A stretch of DNA of 64,000 nt from a virus (Duplodnaviria; Caudoviricetes), in IMG/VR virus record IMGVR_UViG_3300032226_000905, positions 22,276 through 86,275 of that record. The stretch is one strand, 5' to 3'. Below, one piece after another: positions 9,872 to 20,800 of the stretch. Made by a program: the position numbers and the translations under genes. Position 1 is the first letter of the stretch. The number at the start of each line of letters is the position of its first letter. The notes below the pieces were generated by a model. The model did not search any database. It was given only the letters and a program-made list of their open reading frames with translations, and was not told the DNA's origin.

Positions 9872-10618
9872 TCAGAATGGTTTAGTAGCACTCTGCGTTA
9901 CTGTGCCGTTGTTTGTTACAGTTTGTTCGTTTACTGAGTCTGTGGTCACTGCTGCACCCAGCATCAGATACTTGGCACCAGCAAAGCCACCCAACGGTGC
10001 TATAGGTGCTGTGACTGTGCTAGTGGCACTGGCGTAAACTGCTGAGCCCACTGTGACTCGCAAGTTGGTAATAAAACCGGGCCAATAGCCTCCGTAGAAT
10101 TTACCTATGTTATTACTCACGCCTGCAAAATTCAGTGTGTTGACCTGTGTGCCGCCGCTGATACCGACGCCGCCTGCGGCAGTGCTGGCACGATAACAGG
10201 TCACAACAGCACTGGTACTCACAAAGGTACCCACCCACATTGTTTCTACTTTGGTATCGGCATCGCGATTCAGTATGATGTACTGCCACTTGTTGACCTG
10301 CAGGGTATCAGAGGGAAAAGTATAAGTTCTTTGACCACCGCCACCATATGCGTCCAGAGTAAACGACTGTGCATCATTGGTGAATAGACTTAGAGCACCT
10401 GAAGCACCGCTGGGGTGCTGTGGGGCAATCAACCCTCTTTGAGAGGTATAGTTGGCGTTGTTGTAGAACCAACCTTCTATGGTGTAAGCATTGGCACCTA
10501 TTGCAATGCCTGGACTCAAACTAAGAAACTGGCTGCTTCCGTTAAACTGAAGACTGCCTGCAAGTGGGGTGTAGAGGCCAGCGGCGTAACTGGCCAGTAA
10601 TGCTACTGCTCCTGCCAT
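9872..10618 (-). CDS. Concanavalin A / LamG-like lectin-domain tail protein
   Basis: GSLQFNG, YTIEGWFY, WQYIIL, GFITNLRVTVGSAVY. Confidence 0.7.
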   Translation of the reverse strand: MAGAVALLASYAAGLYTPLAGSLQFNGSSQFLSLSPGIAIGANAYTIEGWFYNNANYTSQRGLIAPQHPSGASGALSLFTNDAQSFTLDAYGGGGQRTYTFPSDTLQVNKWQYIILNRDADTKVETMWVGTFVSTSAVVTCYRASTAAGGVGISGGTQVNTLNFAGVSNNIGKFYGGYWPGFITNLRVTVGSAVYASATSTVTAPIAPLGGFAGAKYLMLGAAVTTDSVNEQTVTNNGTVTQSATKPF

Positions 10619-10619
10619 A

Positions 10620-13079
10620 TTATGTTAGTCCTATTCCGTTAATGTACCACAAGGTAGACGCTACCTTGACTGCTGTGGCCATACCATTTGCAGCCAGTGT
10701 TCTTGTGCCAGTTGAACTGCTGCCTGCCAATCTCAATGTATCTGTGTTAATCACAATAAGCACTGTGGTAGCACTTGGTCCAGCTATAAATGTAAGAGTA
10801 GTTCCTATGGGATAGGCCACTGATGAGTTGTCCGGAATAGCTATAGCCTGTCCTGTAGTAGTCACATAAATGTGTTTGCCTGCATCACCTATGGCCAGTG
10901 TGGCCGAAGTACTTGTTCCACTCTGTGGTAGACCTAAATAGCCCACGCTCTTGACAGTACTGGCTGTGGTAGCATCTGCTATGGCATTGATTACAACACC
11001 ACCAGAGCCATTGCATTCTAATTCAAGATTAGCGTTTGTGACCGTTGTAGTGATTCTATTGCCCACCACAGTGATCTGATCAGTGTTGAAACGTTCAGCA
11101 GTGACACTATTACTGTATGAAACTTCTTTGGTACTGGCGTTGTATTGTAATATTCCGCTGGTAGCACTGATATTTCTAATTGGTGCTACTGTGAATGTGT
11201 TGGCAGTGGTTTGCTCCAGGGGATCGCCAGTGGCATTTATAATGATCGAGTTTGCAGCTTGATTATTGTAGCCAGCTTTCTTGCCAATCGCTATAGCATT
11301 GGCACCTTGATACGATTCGCCAGCACTCTCGCCAATGGCCACTGCGGCAGCACCTTGTGTGTAATAACCAGCACTAGACCCAATAGCTATAGCTGTCGCA
11401 CTTTGTGAATTTAGTCCAGCTTCATAACCAAATGCTATAGCATTGCCGGCGGTGTCTTTCAATGTCGTATTGTTGGCCAATCGCAACTTACCATCGGTGC
11501 CAAATTCCCACATATAGGTGTTATTGTTAGTGTAAACTCTAACAGGATACGCCCCAAGACCTCTTAGATTTAAATTTTGGTTGGCTCGTAAATCTAGATT
11601 GAGTGTGGTTCGCAGATCAAGATCCATAGCCTGAGCGTCAACTAGTATCTCACCTCCATCGACATCCATATTAATTTTGCTTTGCAGCTGGTAGTAAAAA
11701 ACTAAACTGGTTATTGGTACGGTTGTTCCCTGTCCTCCAGGAGGAACAGCGTCCAGGCCGAGTAGAACACCAGACCCTCCGCCATTGTTGTTGTCATAAA
11801 AAACATTGGGGGTCCTTGCCCCACCATTGATGGATACTTCATAGGCTAAGCCAAGTGAGCCAGGGCCAGTGAGCCAAAAATCTTGAAGGCCTTGGGCATC
11901 AGTAAAGCGGGCGGCCCCTAAGCCGCCTTCGTTATTCCACGATCCACTGCCCCAATCAGCGGAAGAAAAAGAAGTAGTTGAATCACGCCACACACTCATA
12001 TAAGTGCCATTATTGGGGTCTAGGTTTATTTCATTTCTTAATACAGAATTGGCATCTTTGGCCTGTAGTTGAAATTCTTGAGCAATAGGTGCTGTTATGA
12101 TTCCATTTGCCGGTACTGTTAATACACCAGCACTGCTAAGACTGACTGTGTAAGCACCGTTGACTAAACTGCTAACGCTGCCACCGCCACCTAGTACACT
12201 TGTGCCTGTACTATCTTTAATATCGCCGCCTGCTGGCAATGTCAGGTGGCCATCTGCCCCAAACCGCCAATTGAATGTGCTGCTGTCCGGAGTGTCTATG
12301 GTGATGTCGATGTTGGTAGCGGATTTAATTCTACTGTCATCAGGCAGGATCAAGGTGCGGTCTGTATTAAATGTCCAAGTTTGAGAGGGATCTTCAGCAT
12401 TATCAACTAAGACTAGGTTGATTTCTTTAGTGTTGCCTTGGTTCCATACACTGATATAAGAACCGTCTGCTACTTGAAGTTGTGCTAGCCCATCGCCTTC
12501 AACGGCCAGTTGATTTTCTGAAACAATGCCCTGTGCATTGACTTTGAAAGCGCCGGTTGATTCTACGACAACCGAATAAGCACCGTTGACCAATCTATCA
12601 AAGCTGGTAGGTATAGTGGGCTTGCCAGTTAGATCAGCATAGGCACCTGTGGTAGCCACTGTAGCAAATGTGGTACCGCCTGTTATTAGACTTCCGTTGA
12701 CCAATAGATTACCTGCACCGTTGACAGATAATGCTGTGCCACCTAAGAAAATTGTGTTGTTGCTGACATACAGGCTGCGGAACGGTTTAGTAGGAGATCC
12801 TAAGTTACTGCCATTGGCCACACTTGGAGTAATATCCCCGTCTACTGTAATCTCACCGTTTACTGTAATTGGTTTATCGATAACAATAGCAGTACTGTCA
12901 TCAGTACTCATTGTACTACCGGTAAATGTAAAAGCCCCTAGATTTAATGTTGTATCGGCTAATCCCAGTGCTGTATAGAGTTCTGTGAAGTTAGCGTTGA
13001 CCTTATTAAAAGCTGCTCTTAGACTATCGCCATTTTTGGCGTTGGCCGCTGTACCTATGTTGATCGTTTGTTTTGACAT
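10620..13079 (-). CDS. Tail fibre protein
   Basis: gp9/gp10-like N-terminus; repeated LVNGAY and W.F..DG.L.L modules; IAIG trimeric-adhesin-like repeats. Confidence 0.75.
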   Translation of the reverse strand: MSKQTINIGTAANAKNGDSLRAAFNKVNANFTELYTALGLADTTLNLGAFTFTGSTMSTDDSTAIVIDKPITVNGEITVDGDITPSVANGSNLGSPTKPFRSLYVSNNTIFLGGTALSVNGAGNLLVNGSLITGGTTFATVATTGAYADLTGKPTIPTSFDRLVNGAYSVVVESTGAFKVNAQGIVSENQLAVEGDGLAQLQVADGSYISVWNQGNTKEINLVLVDNAEDPSQTWTFNTDRTLILPDDSRIKSATNIDITIDTPDSSTFNWRFGADGHLTLPAGGDIKDSTGTSVLGGGGSVSSLVNGAYTVSLSSAGVLTVPANGIITAPIAQEFQLQAKDANSVLRNEINLDPNNGTYMSVWRDSTTSFSSADWGSGSWNNEGGLGAARFTDAQGLQDFWLTGPGSLGLAYEVSINGGARTPNVFYDNNNGGGSGVLLGLDAVPPGGQGTTVPITSLVFYYQLQSKINMDVDGGEILVDAQAMDLDLRTTLNLDLRANQNLNLRGLGAYPVRVYTNNNTYMWEFGTDGKLRLANNTTLKDTAGNAIAFGYEAGLNSQSATAIAIGSSAGYYTQGAAAVAIGESAGESYQGANAIAIGKKAGYNNQAANSIIINATGDPLEQTTANTFTVAPIRNISATSGILQYNASTKEVSYSNSVTAERFNTDQITVVGNRITTTVTNANLELECNGSGGVVINAIADATTASTVKSVGYLGLPQSGTSTSATLAIGDAGKHIYVTTTGQAIAIPDNSSVAYPIGTTLTFIAGPSATTVLIVINTDTLRLAGSSSTGTRTLAANGMATAVKVASTLWYINGIGLT

Positions 13080-13090
13080 ATATTGCTCCG

Positions 13091-15781
13091 TTATAAGGTC
13101 CTTTTTATTCTAGGTCTAGGGTATACTGCTCCAGTGGCGGGTCTTATTTTATAATTGATCTTAGGATAGGTATTACCTGTGTCCTGTCTTTCTTTATAAT
13201 AGAACAGAAATAGATTAGGGGCTCCCTGCAAATTTTGTCCGTCTGTGGGAGTACTACCACTGGCAGTCAATTGATTCTGCTTGGCATAATTGATTATGTA
13301 AGTTTTAGCATCGGTCTGCGTCATGTTCGGATAGATTTCTAAAGCACAGGCGATGACTCCACATACCTGTGGGCTGGCCATGCTGGTACCGTTGTATTTT
13401 CCTATATAATGACTTCCGCTTCTGGGATCCGGAGTGCTGCTGGCATAACCTGGCAAGGCACTGATAATCGCAGTTCCTGGAGCCCATATGTCTACACCTG
13501 GTCCGCAGTCACTGAAGAGAACTTTCTGATCTATCTGTATACTATCTACAGCGCCTACGCAGATATTTGGAATATCGTAGGTTCCACTAGAAGTATTATC
13601 ATTGGCAGTAGGGCTGGTTCCTCGCATATAATAATAAGGACTAGATACACTTCCTGGGTATCTTGTACCCATTTCGAAAGTATTGTTCCAGTCAGTGCCA
13701 CCCGGGACATCGTGTTTCCATCGACCGTTACCGGCAGCACCTACGAATATAATTCCTTCATCGATGGCGTCTTCGATGTCTGCATCTAATGCGGCCACAC
13801 GCACAGGTATTCTTTGTCCGGATATAAATCCCCAGGTGTTTAACTGTCCTGTGGTAAACGCCTGTCCAGTGACCGTTTTCCTATTGTTTTGCCCTATGAC
13901 TAGGTCTATCTGCGTAGGAGTAGCTTCATAGAATGTGTATTGATACCGCATTCCGGGATTACCTAATGTACCAATGACAGATCCGTTGCCTTCTACGATC
14001 ACTCGGTAAGTTCTATTAGGAGCCGATCCTTCAGTACCATAATAGATTCGCTGTACTGAGTTGTCGTCAGAACCAACCATTATCTTAGGAAAGTTAGGAG
14101 TATCAGCATCAATACCGTAATAGATCGTCGATCCACCGCCAAATGTCAGATAGGTATTAGTACCAAAATATAATGTGCTATGATTTGTACCTAGATAAGT
14201 GATATTGAAAGGAACGTTCAGTGTCCAATAACCGTCATCGTTGTTGCCTACAGTGGGTGTAGTGCTAGATGTAAGACCTGTGATGGAACCTATGCTTTGT
14301 ATTCCTAGATCTGTGACGGTGGCCGTGGGACTAGTTCCTCCTGAAGTTTCTATAGTGCAATACATGGCAAAGGTTGTTAGAGGTGCATCGCTTGCAGAAG
14401 TATTGAGATTGGTGATGTAATTTATAGTATAGACTTCATTGTTGGCCATCACGTAGGTCTGTTGTATGTCTGTTTCAACTTCCAATCCAGTTTCCGGACC
14501 ATCTGAGTAGGTAACGTTGACTCCGCTAGGACTAGTGATAGTGATGCTCGATGACAATGTAACCGTACCAGTATTGCCTCCTGATGCTGTGTTGTTTCTA
14601 AGACTTACTGTACCTGGTCCTTGGACCAGCACTGTGTATGAGGCAGCTGGAGGCACTATTCCAAAAATATAAACCTGATATGAACCAGACTGAGTCCACG
14701 ATGCTGGAACCGAAGTAAATGATGCTGTAGCACTAGGACCGGTTCCGCCAGTGGTAGAAATTCTCTGTGCTATATTTTCCGGATTACCGGTAAAGTTAGC
14801 CAGCAAGGCATTGGAACTGTAGACACCACTGGCTCCACCGTAGGTAGTGGGCGGATTGGCAAATGGAGTATTTCTCGTTCCTCTGTAGGTCACTGCAGTG
14901 ATATCCGAAAAACTCCATTCGGCTGGAAAAATACTCATGCCCCAACTGTTGTTGCAGATAGTGGGATTACGTCTACCTGTGGCAGGATTTATAGATTTGT
15001 TTCTATGGAATTCTCTAATATAATCGATGACATAGGGAAAGTTACTGTCGCCTACGGCACCAGCATAGTAATAGATATTATAGATATTAGCGTCTCTAGC
15101 CCACCCTTGCGTATTACCTGCTACAGTGCCTGCTACGTGTGTGGCATGATCGCTGGTATTGCTGTAGGTATAGGTCCCCGAAGCTGATCCCTTGACCACT
15201 GAATCGTGCTGAAACCAATTGTATTGAACAGTTCTAGTTGAACCAGTACCGTCAGCGTTAGCACGAAATTCTGGATGATTCCATACTAGGCCATCGCCAT
15301 CGACAATAACTACGTCTACATGTTTTCCTGTCTGAGTCAGACTTATCGTAGCAGTTTGCGAAGCTGTGCCGCTACCTGTTCCTTCGAATCCTGTGCCACC
15401 CCACCCAGCTCGCTGTGAAGCTTCAGTGCATCTCAGCAGAGCCCAATTTTTCATGTTAGTGGAGTTTGAATTTGATTTGTCCCAGTTAGAACTAGTTTGA
15501 GTTACATTAGTTCCGGCTTCAATACCTAGCTCTTTCGGTACTAACTCTATGGTTTTAATTCTTGGGTCAGAAGACAGTTGTCCAGCTTCCCAGGCAGTTA
15601 GCCTATAGATAGTTCCACGACTACCGGGTCTTCGACTCACACACTCTACAGCTCTGATCAATTCTAATCCAGGAGGGCTTTTTCCTGCTGATTCTAATTC
15701 ATCATAGATATCGTCGAGGTCATCATAGCTGTGTGCCACGACAATATATTGTTTGGTTCTGATGTAGTCTAATAATGACAT
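13091..15781 (-). CDS. Subtilisin-like serine peptidase (S8) with a large insertion
   Basis: Catalytic motifs VDVVIVD, HATHVAGTVAG, AAGNG, GTSMASPQV. Confidence 0.9.
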   Translation of the reverse strand: MSLLDYIRTKQYIVVAHSYDDLDDIYDELESAGKSPPGLELIRAVECVSRRPGSRGTIYRLTAWEAGQLSSDPRIKTIELVPKELGIEAGTNVTQTSSNWDKSNSNSTNMKNWALLRCTEASQRAGWGGTGFEGTGSGTASQTATISLTQTGKHVDVVIVDGDGLVWNHPEFRANADGTGSTRTVQYNWFQHDSVVKGSASGTYTYSNTSDHATHVAGTVAGNTQGWARDANIYNIYYYAGAVGDSNFPYVIDYIREFHRNKSINPATGRRNPTICNNSWGMSIFPAEWSFSDITAVTYRGTRNTPFANPPTTYGGASGVYSSNALLANFTGNPENIAQRISTTGGTGPSATASFTSVPASWTQSGSYQVYIFGIVPPAASYTVLVQGPGTVSLRNNTASGGNTGTVTLSSSITITSPSGVNVTYSDGPETGLEVETDIQQTYVMANNEVYTINYITNLNTSASDAPLTTFAMYCTIETSGGTSPTATVTDLGIQSIGSITGLTSSTTPTVGNNDDGYWTLNVPFNITYLGTNHSTLYFGTNTYLTFGGGSTIYYGIDADTPNFPKIMVGSDDNSVQRIYYGTEGSAPNRTYRVIVEGNGSVIGTLGNPGMRYQYTFYEATPTQIDLVIGQNNRKTVTGQAFTTGQLNTWGFISGQRIPVRVAALDADIEDAIDEGIIFVGAAGNGRWKHDVPGGTDWNNTFEMGTRYPGSVSSPYYYMRGTSPTANDNTSSGTYDIPNICVGAVDSIQIDQKVLFSDCGPGVDIWAPGTAIISALPGYASSTPDPRSGSHYIGKYNGTSMASPQVCGVIACALEIYPNMTQTDAKTYIINYAKQNQLTASGSTPTDGQNLQGAPNLFLFYYKERQDTGNTYPKINYKIRPATGAVYPRPRIKRTL

Positions 15782-15782
15782 G

Positions 15783-17840
15783 TTAGCCTTCTAGTTTAAC
15801 AGCGGTTAATGTCACAGTGATCGTAGTAGTTCCACCGGACTTGTTAGTGACCGCTAGCTCTATGGCCGTGGTCGGTGATGACTCGTTGTTGAAACCTATC
15901 GCTCCTGGACTAATTAAAATTGTCTGCGCACCAGTGGTTATAACTTCAGCTATCACTCCAGATCCTGGTGTAGGATCTGTGCCTTCTGATCTTCCAGAAT
16001 CAGCTGAACGGCTAGCAGCGTCGGTGTAAATCCTAACCCAAGCAGCTGCACTGGTCTGTATCTTATAAAGCATGTAACCTTTGTAACCTGTGATCTGTAG
16101 GTTACCTGTAGCGGCATTGGCTAGACTAGCAGTAGTTCCTGCGAGTGCTGCTCTGCTGGCTAATAGACTTGTAGGTTTGTTATCTAAATCACCATAGTCT
16201 ATGCCCTGTGTTCCACTGCTGAAAATAATATCTCCACTGGTGCCACCACCTAGTGTTACCGGAGAGTTAGAAGCTCCTTGTATAAGAATAGTGCCAGATG
16301 TTGATATAACAATATTACCAGTGCTGTCATTGATGCTTAAACTTCCGTAGATATTTGAAGTGCTGCCTTTGATGGTAATACGACCTTCGTTGTCGCTGGT
16401 CGTAGTTATTCCAGCTGTGCCTAGAAATTCTATGACCTCTCCAGTGAATATGGGTCTCAGCGTCGAATCATCTGCAGCTACATAAAGCTCAAAGTCTCCT
16501 CCTCCACCTACACCTACACCTCCACCACCGATAGAATTGATAGTAATAGATCCTGCAACAGGATTAGCATCTAGTGTAACATTAGTTCCTGCTATAAATG
16601 TTAGAGTTTGACCTGCCGGAATATCTACGATGGTGCTACCGGTATCTACAACAGCAAATGATAATCCTAGATTTTCTTCTGGAACTATGGCATTGATTGT
16701 GATACTGTCATTTGTAGGATTTGTAGTAAGAGTAACATTATTGCCTGCCACTAATACTAAAGTATCTGTGACATTATCTGCCTGTACAGCACCCTGACCA
16801 GCTACAGAAATATTTTGAAATCCATATCTAGTGTTTGTGATAGTTACGCCGCCAGTAGCTGCACTAACTGACATTCCGTCCCCAGCAGTCAATGATGTGA
16901 CACCGGTATTGGTAAGATTTACAGATCCAGTGGAATTACTCACGCTGATTCCTGTATTACCTGCCAGAGATGTAACTCCGGTATTGTTTATAGTCACAGA
17001 CTTAGCAGTTGAGTTAGGTGTTAAACTTATTCCGCTTCCTGTGCCAAAAACCAAAGTTGCTGAGCCAGTACCAGAATCAATGATTGTAGGATCTCCGCTG
17101 ACTGTTACATATCGGAAAGTATTCTGAACGATATTTGGGGCAGAATTAGTTACGCGAACAGTATTAGCAACACTGGTATCTAAAGTAATTCCAGATCCAG
17201 GATCAGTAACAACACTGATGACGCCACTGACAGCGATAGAATAGTTTGTTTTAGTTCCGGTAATTGTTATACCAGCCCCAGCACTAACATCGATAACTCC
17301 GGCGTTAGTAATTGATTTAGTGGTAGTTCCTAGTATACTAATACCAGCATTTCCTGCAGTAATATCAACAACACCGCTGTTAGTGATAGTCAATGTATCA
17401 GTAGTAGCATTTGTGGTCAATGTAATACCTGCATTGCCTGAGGTAATAGTCAACACGTCGTTGCCGCCGGCATCAGCTACGATATTACTCTGCCCAGAAA
17501 CCGCGATCTCTCTAAAATATTCGTTGTCTAGTACACTGCCACCTATTGTTGATCCTGCTGGAAGATTCAGAGCAGTTCCAGAAGCAGTGATCACAGCGTT
17601 ACCTAGATAGAGACTTGAACCGCTGAGATAGAGATCTTTCCATCGTTTGGCTGCAGATCCTAGATCGTATTGCTCTGTGTATCTAGGAATTAGGTCAGTA
17701 CCTAGATCAGTGAATTCAACTCCGGTGCCTCCTATGGCAGCATATATTTCATTGAAGTTGTCGTTGATATCGTTGAATGCTTGATCAACGGTGCTCCATA
17801 TGATTGGAGGCGAGTTTGAACTGATAGTTTTCTTTGCCAT
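15783..17840 (-). CDS. Tail fibre-like protein with ~25-aa beta repeats
   Basis: Repeated TITNxGVxxxxAGxGI units; FNDINDNFNEIY N-terminal helix. Confidence 0.7.
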   Translation of the reverse strand: MAKKTISSNSPPIIWSTVDQAFNDINDNFNEIYAAIGGTGVEFTDLGTDLIPRYTEQYDLGSAAKRWKDLYLSGSSLYLGNAVITASGTALNLPAGSTIGGSVLDNEYFREIAVSGQSNIVADAGGNDVLTITSGNAGITLTTNATTDTLTITNSGVVDITAGNAGISILGTTTKSITNAGVIDVSAGAGITITGTKTNYSIAVSGVISVVTDPGSGITLDTSVANTVRVTNSAPNIVQNTFRYVTVSGDPTIIDSGTGSATLVFGTGSGISLTPNSTAKSVTINNTGVTSLAGNTGISVSNSTGSVNLTNTGVTSLTAGDGMSVSAATGGVTITNTRYGFQNISVAGQGAVQADNVTDTLVLVAGNNVTLTTNPTNDSITINAIVPEENLGLSFAVVDTGSTIVDIPAGQTLTFIAGTNVTLDANPVAGSITINSIGGGGVGVGGGGDFELYVAADDSTLRPIFTGEVIEFLGTAGITTTSDNEGRITIKGSTSNIYGSLSINDSTGNIVISTSGTILIQGASNSPVTLGGGTSGDIIFSSGTQGIDYGDLDNKPTSLLASRAALAGTTASLANAATGNLQITGYKGYMLYKIQTSAAAWVRIYTDAASRSADSGRSEGTDPTPGSGVIAEVITTGAQTILISPGAIGFNNESSPTTAIELAVTNKSGGTTTITVTLTAVKLEG

Positions 17841-20800
17841 TATGCTCTTCCCACGGCAACTTCAATAGTGCCAATATGATCTGAATCGTAATTTTCTAAT
17901 GCTTTACCTATAATAGTTCCTGCTCGAGCATCACCTCCTGCACTAACAGCAACACCGCTTATAGATGATGTAATTAATAAATCACCTTTGCTGATTTTTC
18001 CAACCACTCGACAGGGCACACGTCCTTGTAGAGCTATCAGTGTTTTGATTCCCGGACAATCTGTATTCATAACATAGGCAGCATTATCGCTGACAACGCC
18101 AGCTACTCTGTGATCGGCCTTGACATTAGAACTGGTAATTTCTCGTTCACCGCCAAATACCACTACGGTTCCGACACTGTACTCCTTATCGCCCTCGTAG
18201 TATTCTGCTAGGTCAGCATAGGTTGCCTGCATCTTTGAACCTGAAGCTAAACTCCAGGTACCTGTGATAGTACCTGCTGTAGAAGTACCACCAGTAGTCA
18301 ACGCCACAGTCTCTACAGATCCGCAGCGTATTGGAGCCAACACCTGAACTGTTCCTGGGTGAGTTCTGAATGTATGTACATCGTTATCATAGTAGGAAAT
18401 CTTAGTTCCACCTGCAGTACCGTCACCTAACAGCAGTGCTACCTGTCCGGAGAAGCCGTGTACCTGAGTATATCCACCTCCAGTGATAGTAGTGGTATCT
18501 AATATAATTTTAGTATCTACTATCAGTCTTTCTACAGAAACATATCTTGCACCAAAGTCTCCGTTGCTGTCTCGAACAACTAGTTTACTGTTATCACCAA
18601 TACCGGTATAACTAGCAGTCATATCTACGATGGAATAATCAGTATCTGCGGTAGCAGCGAACCCGATACGTCTAAGGAAACCAGTTCCGCCAGCGTACTG
18701 AGATTTTTTCACAGCGCCGCCGTCATTGACTACAGTAGTAAATGGTACAGCACTAACGTTGTTGGTTACTAATGTAGAATTACCTAGAACAGTTTTTGTT
18801 GCGATCTGTTCAATTTTACCTACTACTATACCATTATTTTTTACACTGATCCAACCGTTGGTAGCATCAAACTGTGCAGAATCAAAACTGGCTAGTCCTA
18901 GATCAGCTTGTGCGATACCAGTAGCATTAGCTCTGGTGCTTGCTGCGGTCATAGACAGTTTACTCTGTGCGATAGCTGCTGCTGCATTGACATCTGCGTT
19001 TATAATCGAGCCAGCATTGATCTGTGCATCAACAGTATTAGCAGTGCTGTCAATATTAAAACTGATGTCACCTACTACAGCAGAGTTCTGTGCGAAATTA
19101 GCAGCACCGGTAAAAGTTAAAATATCAGCACTGCGAACATTTGAAAGGCTAATATCTTGGAAATTATTAAATGTTAGACTTCTTAGATTGATCGCATCTT
19201 CTGGATCGGTAGCATCTCCTAGATTGGTAATCTTAAAATCATCTAGGTTCATATTGGCCTTCATGGCCAATTGTCCGTCTAGGCTCATAAAACCGCCGGA
19301 GAATGATGGAATCAAACTTGGTTCGATAATTGGAGCGCCGTTATGGCTAACTCCTAGTCGACGATCGAGATAAGTTCTTACAGCATTTTCAGTTGGTACA
19401 GTATCTGTGGCATTGTCTGAAAAACTTGAATCTACAGAAAATTCAGATATCGGAACACCTCGTTTAAAACCAATACCATCTAGATTACTTAGAGCAATAG
19501 CCGCAGCAAATGTAACTGTACCAGTTCCTTGGTCAACTCGGAAGTATGGTCCTACACTAAAGTTACCAAACTGGTCAGTAGTCACATAGAAACATCTACC
19601 AACACCGCGTTCAACGACTTCATTTCCCGGATTATACGGATTTACCGGAGGTCCGAAAATTTCATTTGGATAGTTGGTATCGGCATAAGATCCGGTTCCA
19701 ATGTCTAATAAATCATGTGCAGTAACACGGACCAGCGCGATACGTATGGTCAGTGTACCTGGCTCGTCTTTGGGAACTGCTGATTTGAGTGTAGGCGGTG
19801 TTGAAAAATATACCACGCTATCAAGCAGTGCCGGAGAAACTGTCATCAATGCATAGGGCAATAGCGTTACTGTTTCATCTGAATACGCAGTGACTGTGTA
19901 TTCACGACCTTTAAACACAAATTTAGTATTGAGGATCCGATCTTCCTCTTCGCCGCCGACTGGCACTACTGCAAAGGTACTGTCTCCAACACGTCCAATA
20001 ACCTTGCCTACAGATTGAATACCACTTTGTGTACCAGTGGTTTCAATTTCTACCGCAGGAACAGGCGAATTAGGCGCAGCATCATTGACTATTGTGAAGG
20101 TATTTGGGCTAAGAACTGTTTTGACAAAATAATGTGATGTGGAATTGATTCCAGTCGGTAAAGTACCTGTGGTTTCAAATCTAATCACATCGTCGGCTAA
20201 GAATCCGTGACTGGTCAAAGTCACAACGGCAGGATTAGCTATACTGATTGTACAAGTACTGGCAGAAGTCACAAAAGGTTGAGAAGGCCATACAGTAGCA
20301 TCAACATAGTTGTAGGATTCTCTAAGAGTAGTTCTAGCCAATCCTTCTACAACATATTCGTGTGTGCCCGAGCCAGCGGTAGTAGTGGCTATTGCTGTTC
20401 CGGCCTTGGTTAGTGAGATACTGAAACTATTAGCTGTAAATCCGTTAGCTAAAACAAAATATACATCTGTGGTGTTTATACCAGAAGGTAATGTTCCTGA
20501 GGTTTGGAAACTGACTTGATAATTTGGCTGTAGTCCATGCGAGGCTCTAGTTATAACTGCCGGGCTTCCGTTACTGATAGTACAGACACGGCCGCCTTCT
20601 GGATCATTGTAATCTTCAAACTGTAGGATACGATAGACATCGTTACTTTCTCGAAGTATCATACCGGTAGATGGTCGAACTGCAACATCTACGACATCGC
20701 CTGTCAGCACTGTCTGTGTTCCCTGTCTAATAGTTACTCGAGTATTGTCCGGTACCTGTAGAGCCAGACCGTCTACGCCTGCACCTTCTGCACTCTGTAG

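Noticed and set aside
10620-17840. Repeats in fibre genes as CRISPR arrays or DGR template/variable repeats
   Set aside because: The repeats are degenerate and conserved only at the protein level; no identical DNA repeats with spacers and no reverse transcriptase.
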